Of a stretch of DNA of 64,000 nt, positions 8,568 to 15,640 are shown piece by piece (within the stretch, counting starts at the first letter, position 1; each line of letters opens with the position of its first letter). The DNA is from Alphaproteobacteria bacterium. GTDB taxonomy: Bacteria > Pseudomonadota > Alphaproteobacteria > Rhodobacterales > Rhodobacteraceae. The stretch spans positions 7,284 to 71,283 of the forward strand of contig JASBSZ010000008.1 in assembly GCA_030148665.1 (NCBI GenBank), in the 5' to 3' direction. Below the pieces are notes generated by a model. The model ran no database searches, was not told the origin of the DNA, and saw only the letters and a program-made list of their open reading frames with translations. A program made the position numbers and the translations under genes.

Positions 8568-9388
8568 CTGATATTCCTCAGATTGCCCTTGCTGAAGGTG
8601 GCCGCGCTCAGCCCCGTGCCGAAACGCCAGTCACCGTATTTCAGCACCGTCGTGCGACCCGTCTTGAGATTCTTCATGGTCAGCGTGCGCGCGCGCCAGA
8701 AACGGCCCTTGTACAGCTTGTAATCGGCAAGGTTCAGCACCTTGACCATCTTGCCCCGCCGGTCGAGATATTCGATCTTTTCCACACGATAGGTCTTGCT
8801 GTCGAACCAGGTGATCAGCCTGCTGTAGCCCGAATTGCGATAGGCGGGCTTGCGGGCGACAATCAGGCAGCTCCGGCTGCCGCAGGGTTTGCTGCCCAGA
8901 TATTCATAGGTGAACTTGCCGATCTCGGGGGCGGCGATGTCCTCGTAGGTGAATTCGCTGCCGAAAAAGGCCCCCGTCTTGTTGGACGAGGAAATCCTCT
9001 TGACCCTTTTCAGCGCCGGCAGGTACAGCCACTGGTCGTCATCGGCGCCGACCCTGGCATGGGTCAGCAACAGCGTGCCCTTCATGTCGGCCGGGCTGTC
9101 GAAGATGGCGATGGACATGTCGCCGCCCTTGTCGCCGGGAACCTCGAGCATCATCATGCGCAGGCTGCGCTTGCGCGTGTTGCCGCGGCGATCCTGCAGG
9201 ATCATGGTCATCCGCACCTGGGCGTCGCGCCAGCCGGAATCGCGCCGCTCGGCCTCGCGGGCGATTTCCAGGCCGCGCCCGGCCGCCCGGGATGCTGTCT
9301 GCGCCTGCGCGGGGGCTGCGGAAAAACCGGACCAGATGCCGGGCATGGCAAGAGCGGCGGTCAGTACCGCAATGGCAAACCTTTTCAT
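8564..9388 (-). CDS. Periplasmic LolA-like 'outer membrane lipoprotein-sorting' family protein
   Basis: ORF 8564..9571 trimmed to ATG 9388 (AGGAG SD). Signal peptide MKRFAIAVLTAALAMPGIWSGFSAAPAQA. The mature sequence resembles the LolA_like family usually encoded next to FtsX/ABC genes. ATGA overlap with the ABC ATPase stop. Confidence 0.65.
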   Translation of the reverse strand: MKRFAIAVLTAALAMPGIWSGFSAAPAQAQTASRAAGRGLEIAREAERRDSGWRDAQVRMTMILQDRRGNTRKRSLRMMMLEVPGDKGGDMSIAIFDSPADMKGTLLLTHARVGADDDQWLYLPALKRVKRISSSNKTGAFFGSEFTYEDIAAPEIGKFTYEYLGSKPCGSRSCLIVARKPAYRNSGYSRLITWFDSKTYRVEKIEYLDRRGKMVKVLNLADYKLYKGRFWRARTLTMKNLKTGRTTVLKYGDWRFGTGLSAATFSKGNLRNIR

Positions 9389-10281
9389 GACGGACTCCTT
9401 TCGGACAGCTTCACGGGGGTTTCGAACCGGGCGAGATAGCGCTCGGGGGTGGCGGTGAAACGCTCGCGGCAACGCACCGAGCAGAAATGATAGCGTTGCC
9501 CCTGATGTTCGGTGAACAGGGTCGAGATCCAGGCGTCGATGGCCATGTTGCAGACCGGATCGCGCACCCATTCGTGGTCGTCCTGCTTGCGGTCGCGCAG
9601 ATGCCCGTCCTCAAGCCACAGGATACGGTCGGCCACATCCTCGACCCGGCGGTCATGGGTGACGATCAGCACTGCGCGCCCCTCGTCCCGGGCGATGTCA
9701 TGCAGCACCATCAGCACGTCCTGCCCGGACTTGCTGTCGAGGTTGCCGGTGGGCTCGTCGGCGATGATCAGCCGCGGCTGGTTGATCAGGGCACGCGCGA
9801 TGGCGACGCGCTGCTTTTCGCCGCCCGACAGGGTGCCGGGCAGCGCGTTGCGCCGCTTGGACAGGCCCAGCCGGGCCAGCAGTTCATCGGCCCGCTCCTG
9901 CGCGGCCCGCACGCCGCCGGGCGCCAGATGGGCGGGAAACAGCACGTTGTCGCGCACGCTGAGGGCTTCGAGCAGGTTGAACGCCTGGAACACGAAACCG
10001 ATGGTGCGGGCACGCAGCCTGGAAACGCGCGCATCGGACAGGGTCGAGATATCGACCCCGTCGATGATCACGCTGCCGCTGTCGGGCCGCAGCAGCGCGC
10101 CCAGGATCGACACCAGCGTCGTCTTGCCCGAGCCCGACGGCCCGGTGATGGTGACCATTTCCCCGGATGCCACATCCAGTGACACCCCATCGACCGCGCG
10201 TACCAGGGTGCGGCCTTCGCCATAGGTCTTGGTCAGGTTTTCCGCATGCAGGATCGTTGATGACATTTTTCCTGTCCTCAT
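9385..10281 (-). CDS. ABC transporter ATP-binding protein (MacB/LolD-type) with a C-terminal YHS/TRASH-type metal-binding domain
   Basis: Walker A GPSGSGKT, signature LSGGEKQR, Walker B LIIADEPT. The C-terminal 60 aa, VRDPVCNMAIDAWISTLFTEHQGQRYHFCSVRCRERFTATPERYL..., match the YHS pattern DPVCxM...YxFCSxxCxxxF. ATG 10281 overlaps the permease stop (ATGA). Confidence 0.85.
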   Translation of the reverse strand: MRTGKMSSTILHAENLTKTYGEGRTLVRAVDGVSLDVASGEMVTITGPSGSGKTTLVSILGALLRPDSGSVIIDGVDISTLSDARVSRLRARTIGFVFQAFNLLEALSVRDNVLFPAHLAPGGVRAAQERADELLARLGLSKRRNALPGTLSGGEKQRVAIARALINQPRLIIADEPTGNLDSKSGQDVLMVLHDIARDEGRAVLIVTHDRRVEDVADRILWLEDGHLRDRKQDDHEWVRDPVCNMAIDAWISTLFTEHQGQRYHFCSVRCRERFTATPERYLARFETPVKLSERSPS

Positions 10282-11387
10282 TGCTGAAAGGCGGTTACGG
10301 GATCGACGGCAAGCACCCGGCGCACCGGAATTGCGGCAGCGATCAGCGACACCACTACCGCCAGCCCGCCCGTTCGGATGAGTGAATCGCCGCTCATGCC
10401 CAGGCTGACCTTGGGCACGAGGGCCTCGGTCAGGGGGATGGCCAGATAGATCAGCCCCACCGCCAGCCCGTAGGCCAGCAGCCCGATGACCAGCGCCTGA
10501 ACGAGGATTGCCGCCCAGATCACCCGGTCGCGCACGCCAAGTGCCTTGATCACCGCCAGTTCCCGTTCACGGTCGGAGATGTGCGAATAGATGATGAACC
10601 CGGTCAGCAGCACCGCCAGCGCCCCGCCGATGATGGTCATCATCCAGATGATTTCCAGCCCCATCTGCACCGCAATCGAAAAATCACGACGTGAAAAATC
10701 CTGCCGTGTCAGGGCGTTGACCTTTTCCACCTGGGTTCGGATACGTTCTGCCAGCACCGCCGGATCGACCCCTGGCCGGGCATCGACCAGCAGATAGCTG
10801 ACCGCACCGACCGACGACATGGTATCAGCCAGATCGGACAGGGTCACGAAACTGACCGAGTTGGCCATCGAAAAGGTATCGGCCGAAAACCCCGCAACCG
10901 TAAAGTCGCGTCCGGCGATGCGCACCTTGTCGCCGATCTTCAGCCCCGCATCCGAGGCAAAGATGTCGGGCACGATCGCCTGACCCGGCCCCGGCAGGCG
11001 CGCGCCGGCCGCCGATTTCCACGGTCCCGCACGGCCGTCGCCCTGCTCGATTCCCACGACATAGGAAAACCAGCTGCGCCCGCCGGCCTGGATGACCGAG
11101 TTGAGATAGAGAATCGGCGTGACCTTGGCGACGCCATCGACCGCGGCCACCGCGTCGATCTTCCAGTCGCTTAGGAACGAGGTCGTCATGTGCATGTTGC
11201 CGACCCCTTTCTGCATGACCCAGACATCGGCGTCGGTCTTGTCGATCAGGGCCACGATCTGGCGCGATTCTCCGGTAAAGACCCCGGCAAAGAACAGCAC
11301 CAGCGCAAAGGCCCCCGCCACCGCCGCGACACTGGCAAGCAGCTGCTGCGGCGCGGCCAGAAGTTCCCTGTAAGTCCAGTTCAACAT
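10278..11387 (-). CDS. ABC transporter permease, FtsX/MacB-type (paralogue 2)
   Basis: 369 aa. TM1, then a large periplasmic domain, then three C-terminal TMs typical of the FtsX family. Confidence 0.8.
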   Translation of the reverse strand: MLNWTYRELLAAPQQLLASVAAVAGAFALVLFFAGVFTGESRQIVALIDKTDADVWVMQKGVGNMHMTTSFLSDWKIDAVAAVDGVAKVTPILYLNSVIQAGGRSWFSYVVGIEQGDGRAGPWKSAAGARLPGPGQAIVPDIFASDAGLKIGDKVRIAGRDFTVAGFSADTFSMANSVSFVTLSDLADTMSSVGAVSYLLVDARPGVDPAVLAERIRTQVEKVNALTRQDFSRRDFSIAVQMGLEIIWMMTIIGGALAVLLTGFIIYSHISDRERELAVIKALGVRDRVIWAAILVQALVIGLLAYGLAVGLIYLAIPLTEALVPKVSLGMSGDSLIRTGGLAVVVSLIAAAIPVRRVLAVDPVTAFQQ

Positions 11388-11391
11388 CGTT

Positions 11392-12522
11392 TCACCCCCT
11401 GAATGCCGTTGCCGGATCCAGCCGCATCAGGCTGCCCAGCGGTGCCAGTGCGCCCAGAACCGCCAGCACCAGCGCGATCAGCGCGGTGCGCCACAGGGCC
11501 GTGGGATCCAGCGTCTGCAACATGTAGACCGGGGCGAGCGATTCGATCAGCGACCCCAGCCCGGCCCCGATCGCGATGCCCAGCGGAATGGCCAGCACCA
11601 CGGTTCCCAGCGCCTCGGTCATCACCCCGATCACGAGGTGGCGCGTGTCGAACCCCAATGCACGCAGCACGCCCAGGCTCTTGCGGCGGGTACGCACGGC
11701 GGCATAGGAAAACAGCCCGATGGCTAGCGCCCCGATGCCATAGCTCAACCCCAGCAACAGGTTCATGATCGGACCCAGCAGTTCGCGCCCCAGATTTTCG
11801 TCATTGGCAGCCAGCTGCGCAGGCAGGATGGCCGAGGCCTCGGGGACGTTGGCCGATATGTCGGCGGCCACGGCCACGGGGGAAAAACCCTTTTTCACAT
11901 CGACCATCAGAAAACTGAGCAGCGGAAAGGCCGCGATGTCGGCGGCAACATCGGATTCGAAATAGAAATCGATCAGCCCGTCATAGGTGAGAAAGGCAAA
12001 GGGCGTGAACAGCGCGGCGGCCCCGTCGGCAATACCCGAAACGGTAAAGTCATAGGCCGACAATGTCAGCGTGTCACCGACACTCAGCCCATAGCGCTCG
12101 GCCAGCGACCGGTCGATGACGATCTCGCGCGATTTGCGGGGCGCGCGCCCGGCGATCAGGCGGCTCGGCCCACCCTTGTCGTCATAGACCAGAACGATGA
12201 TCGGCGTCAGACGTCCGTCGGCCTCGTAGATCGCTGAAATCGAGGTCAGCGGATGCGCGCTGGCAACGCCGGGGCGGGATTCCACGTCACGCCGCGTGCG
12301 CTGGGGCAGGATCGAGCGTGCGGCAAGGAAATTCGTGACCCCCTTCTGGGACACGATGACATCGCCGCCACGCTGCAACACGGCCTGGCGCAGCTGGGTA
12401 TACGAACCCGTCAGAAAGCCTTCGAGAACCAGAATCTCGGCCAGAATCGCGGCAATTGCCAAGATCGTCAGTGCCGTTCTGGCGGGCTTGTGGACAGCGT
12501 TTCCAAGGGTCAGGGAAAACAT
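11392..12522 (-). CDS. ABC transporter permease, FtsX/MacB-type (paralogue 1)
   Basis: 376 aa. Same architecture as paralogue 2. AAGGAG SD precedes ATG 12522. Confidence 0.8.
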   Translation of the reverse strand: MFSLTLGNAVHKPARTALTILAIAAILAEILVLEGFLTGSYTQLRQAVLQRGGDVIVSQKGVTNFLAARSILPQRTRRDVESRPGVASAHPLTSISAIYEADGRLTPIIVLVYDDKGGPSRLIAGRAPRKSREIVIDRSLAERYGLSVGDTLTLSAYDFTVSGIADGAAALFTPFAFLTYDGLIDFYFESDVAADIAAFPLLSFLMVDVKKGFSPVAVAADISANVPEASAILPAQLAANDENLGRELLGPIMNLLLGLSYGIGALAIGLFSYAAVRTRRKSLGVLRALGFDTRHLVIGVMTEALGTVVLAIPLGIAIGAGLGSLIESLAPVYMLQTLDPTALWRTALIALVLAVLGALAPLGSLMRLDPATAFRG

Positions 12523-12569
12523 CCGATGCTCCTTTTCCTTCGGGCGTCGTCTCGGGCGTCCGGGCTAAT

Positions 12570-12782
12570 TCATGCGGATTTCTCTGGTTCCATGTCCGGC
12601 GCAGGCGCTGCGCGTTCGGGCGACGCGTCGTCGGCAGCGTCCTTGCCGCCCCCGCAGCATCCGCCGCGCCCGACCCTGGCCCCGCTCCGGTGGCCCTTGC
12701 CATGCCGGTGACCGAACAGGTGCATGCCGCCCATGCCCCCGAGCAAGGCCAGCACAACCCAGTTTTCCGCAATCCAGTTCAT
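12570..12782 (-). CDS. Small His/Cys-rich membrane peptide (DUF2933-like), first gene of the operon
   Basis: ORF 12570..12842 trimmed to ATG 12782 (AGGAGG SD). MNWIAENWVVLALLGGMGGMHLFGHRHGKGHRSGARVGRGGCCGGGKD...: one TM helix followed by an HxxxHxHxxxH and CC cluster. 70 aa. Confidence 0.6.
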   Translation of the reverse strand: MNWIAENWVVLALLGGMGGMHLFGHRHGKGHRSGARVGRGGCCGGGKDAADDASPERAAPAPDMEPEKSA

Positions 12783-12846
12783 CCCGATCCTCCTGCAAGG
12801 GCGGATCTGGTGCCGCCCCGGTTTCAGTGTCGGGGCAGTCATGCGG

Positions 12847-12868
12847 CTTCCAGTCTATGGAAGGTCAA
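12847..12868 (-). promoter_or_regulatory. CueR/MerR-type copper-box promoter
   Basis: Minus strand reads TTGACCTTCCATAGACTGGAAGCC. This is a -35 TTGACC fused to the dyad ACCTTCC-N7-GGAAGcc, with the same register as the E. coli copA promoter (TTGACCTTCC-N5-CTGGAAGG). It lies ~65-85 nt upstream of ATG 12782. The -10 is weak (CATGAC/ATGACT at 19-20 bp spacing). Confidence 0.6.
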
Positions 12869-12985
12869 GGGGTTTCTTGACGACCCTGCGGAATTTGCCC
12901 GAAACGCGGCCTCGATGGCGGTCGCCGCAAGATCATGCAGATGAAAAACACATCGGTATTCCGGTCACTTGCGCGACAGGCGGGA

Positions 12986-13978
12986 TCAGGCAGCCCGTGT
13001 ATCCCCGCCGGTGGCAAGGCCAGCCTCGTTCCAGGCCACCATGCCGCCGCGCAGCACGCGAACGTCGCGCGCACCGGATTCGGCCAGCAGGCGTGCCGCC
13101 AAGGCCGAGCGTCGATCGGTGCGACAGACGGCAATGATCGCCCCCTGCATGGCCTCGGTCAGTTCATCGAGGCGGTCGTCCAGCTCGTCCAGGGGAATGT
13201 TGACGGCGCCGGGTATGTGGCCGTGTGGGCCGGAAAACTCGTCAGTGCCGCGCACATCCAGCACAAACGGCGCATCCGCCGCGCCCAGCCGGGCGTGCAG
13301 ATCGTCGATCGCTGCCCAGGAAACCGGCCCGCCCCGCAGACGGCGGATCAGGCGCGGCACAAAGGCGATGGTCGCCAGCAGGGCCAGCGCCAACACCCCG
13401 TAGCGGATGGCCGAGGCATCGCCACCCAGGGCCTCGCGCCCGGCATATCCCAGCCAGGTATAGGCCAGCGCGCCGGGGGCCATGGTGAAAAAGGATGTCA
13501 CCACATAGGACACAAAGGGAATCCGCGTGAGCCCGAAGGCATAGTTCGACAGGTTGAAGGGAAAGACCGGGACAAGACGCACAAAGGCGACAAAGCGCCA
13601 GCCCTCGGCCTCGACCCCACGCACGAGGCGGCCCAGCCTGCTGCCAGCCTTGCGCGCAACCCAGTCGCCGGCCAGAAAACGGGCGATCAGAAAGGCCAGC
13701 GCGGCCCCGATGGTCGCACCCGTCAGGTTGAACAGCGTCCCCGCGACGGGGCCGAACATAGCCCCGCCCGCCAGGGCAAACAGCGCGCCGGGGGCAAAGA
13801 CGACGGTGCCCAGCGCATAGGCGACGACATAGACCGCCGGGGCAAGAGCGCCAAATCCCGACAGCCAGGCGTCCAGCGCCGCCGGATCCAGCCGGTCGCG
13901 GTTCAGCCCGACAACCAGCACCCCGACACCCAGCAATACCAGCAGGGCCAGGCGCCCCATGAACTCATTCCTGCGCAT
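12986..13978 (-). CDS. TVP38/TMEM64 (DedA-related) membrane protein fused to a C-terminal rhodanese domain
   Basis: Multi-TM N-terminal part (...FVRLVPVFPFNLSNYAFGLT...) plus rhodanese (VLDVRGTDEFSGPHGHIPGAVNIP...AVCRTDRRSA active-site loop). Start is ATG 13978 or ATG 13960; both have SD-like sequence. GTG 14011 is less likely. Confidence 0.7.
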   Translation of the reverse strand: MRRNEFMGRLALLVLLGVGVLVVGLNRDRLDPAALDAWLSGFGALAPAVYVVAYALGTVVFAPGALFALAGGAMFGPVAGTLFNLTGATIGAALAFLIARFLAGDWVARKAGSRLGRLVRGVEAEGWRFVAFVRLVPVFPFNLSNYAFGLTRIPFVSYVVTSFFTMAPGALAYTWLGYAGREALGGDASAIRYGVLALALLATIAFVPRLIRRLRGGPVSWAAIDDLHARLGAADAPFVLDVRGTDEFSGPHGHIPGAVNIPLDELDDRLDELTEAMQGAIIAVCRTDRRSALAARLLAESGARDVRVLRGGMVAWNEAGLATGGDTRAA

Positions 13979-14831
13979 TGTCGTTCCTTCCGTCCTGTTG
14001 CGTCCGATCACGCGGGTCGGGCCCGCTTGCCGGACCCAGGGCCGGCTGGATCAGCATTCGGTCCAGCCACTGGTCGCGAAGGCTGCGAAACTGCTCGATC
14101 CCGATTTCCATGTCGTCATGGCCCCTGGCGGGCTGGGCGATATATGTGCCCAGCAGCCGATCCCACCATGTGAGGTTGAACCCGAAATTGCTGTCGGTCT
14201 CGCGCCGGTCAACGGAATGGTGGACGCGGTGCATGTCGGGCGTGACCAGAAACAGGCGCAGGAAGCGATCCAGCCATGCGGGCAGGCGGATGTTCGAGTG
14301 GTTGAACATGGCGGTTCCGTTCAGGATCACCTCGAATATCAGCACGGCGACAGCCGGCGGGCCCAGCGCCAGCACCGCGGCCAGCTTGATCCCCATCGAC
14401 AGCACGATTTCCAGCGGATGAAACCGCAACCCCGTGGTCACGTCGATGGCCTGATCGGCATGGTGCATCCGGTGCAGCCGCCATAGCGCGGGCACGAAAT
14501 GGAACACCACATGCTGGAGATAGATGACGAAATCGAGGATCACGACCGAGGCCAGGATCGCAACCCAGCCCGGAAGCTGGACGATATTGAACAGACCCCA
14601 GCCATTGCGCTGGGCCATCAGCGCCAGGCCGACGGCCACCACCGGGAATGTCAGACGTACGACAATGGTATTGATGACGACGACCCCCAGATTGTTGGTC
14701 CAGCGGATCAGCCGCGGGATTTCGATACGCCGGCGCGGCACCGCCAGTTCAAGCGCCGCCATGGCAATCAGGATTCCCAGAAAAACCGCCAGGCGAACGG
14801 CACCTTCATTTGTCAAAAGCAGCTCGGTCAT
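13965..14831 (-). CDS. Fatty acid hydroxylase / sterol desaturase family membrane protein
   Basis: ORF trimmed to ATG 14831 (MTELLLTNEG...). His boxes HFVPALWRLHRMHH and DMHRVHH. The 3' end abuts or overlaps the TVP38::rhodanese start. Confidence 0.75.
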   Translation of the reverse strand: MTELLLTNEGAVRLAVFLGILIAMAALELAVPRRRIEIPRLIRWTNNLGVVVINTIVVRLTFPVVAVGLALMAQRNGWGLFNIVQLPGWVAILASVVILDFVIYLQHVVFHFVPALWRLHRMHHADQAIDVTTGLRFHPLEIVLSMGIKLAAVLALGPPAVAVLIFEVILNGTAMFNHSNIRLPAWLDRFLRLFLVTPDMHRVHHSVDRRETDSNFGFNLTWWDRLLGTYIAQPARGHDDMEIGIEQFRSLRDQWLDRMLIQPALGPASGPDPRDRTQQDGRNDNAQE

Positions 14832-14844
14832 GTTCGATACCCCT

Positions 14845-14865
14845 TGTGGAACAGGTGATTCCACA
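14845..14865. promoter_or_regulatory. Inverted repeat in the divergent hydroxylase/ArsR promoter region (candidate ArsR operator)
   Basis: TGTGGAA-N7-TTCCACA: 14845-14851 and 14859-14865 form a perfect 7-bp dyad. An ATTCCA direct repeat follows immediately. The 80-nt spacer 14832-14911 is relatively AT-rich. Confidence 0.45.
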
Positions 14866-14911
14866 TTACATTCCAATAATCGCTTGAATGATATAATGAA
14901 GGGACCCCCCG

Positions 14912-15577
14912 ATGTCAATCAGCCCCAAGCTGAAGCTGTACGAAGCATTCGCCGCGATCGGCCGCGCGCTGGGAAACGCGCATCGGCTGGACATCCTGGA
15001 ACACCTGGCCCAGGGCGAACGCGGGGTCGAGGCGCTGGCCGCAAAGCTGGGCCTGACCACGGCCAACACCTCGCAACATCTTCAACATCTGAAACAGGCA
15101 GGGCTGGTCGAATCCCGCAGGCAGGGGAAATTCATCCTTTACCGCCTGTCCGATGACAGCGTGCAGAGGCTGCTCGCCGCCCTGTTCGAAGTGGGTGAGC
15201 GCAACCTCGCCGAGGTGGACAAGGTTCTGCGCGATTACTTTCAGGCCCGCGACGCGATGGAGCCGGTCTCGCCCGACGAGCTGATCGCCCGCTCGCGCCA
15301 GGGGCTGGTCACGGTGCTGGACGTGCGCCCCCGCGACGAGTTCGAGGCCGAACATCTGCCCGGCGCGGTCAACATCCCGCTGTCCGAACTGGAAGAAAGA
15401 CTGTCCGAGCTGAACCCCGAGAAAGAGGTCGTCGCCTATTGCCGGGGCCCCTATTGCGTGCTGTCGTTCGAGGCCGTGGCCAGGCTGCGCGATCACGGGC
15501 TCAGGGCGCGACGCCTCAGCGACGGCCTGCCGGAATGGCGCCTGGGCGGGCTGCCGGTGGAAAGCGGCGCCGAATGA
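14912..15577 (+). CDS. ArsR/SmtB-family transcriptional regulator fused to a rhodanese domain
   Basis: HTH HRLDILEHLAQGERGVEALAAKLGLTTANTSQHLQHLKQAGLV, plus rhodanese (VLDVRPRDEFEAEHLPGAVNIP...AYCRGPYCVLS). Confidence 0.8.
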   Translation: MSISPKLKLYEAFAAIGRALGNAHRLDILEHLAQGERGVEALAAKLGLTTANTSQHLQHLKQAGLVESRRQGKFILYRLSDDSVQRLLAALFEVGERNLAEVDKVLRDYFQARDAMEPVSPDELIARSRQGLVTVLDVRPRDEFEAEHLPGAVNIPLSELEERLSELNPEKEVVAYCRGPYCVLSFEAVARLRDHGLRARRLSDGLPEWRLGGLPVESGAE

Positions 15578-15640
15578 CGGCGGCAACGTTTCGCCCGACA
15601 CCGCGCGCCCCACGCGCCGCGCCGGGGCAGGTGGCGTGGC

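Noticed and set aside
12783-13140. A MerR/CueR regulator gene next to the copper-box promoter (ORFs 12865..13134, 12724..13137, 12935..14173).
   Set aside because: None has an HTH or MerR-like sequence. They are shadow frames of the TVP38::rhodanese gene or of intergenic DNA. The regulator must be encoded elsewhere.
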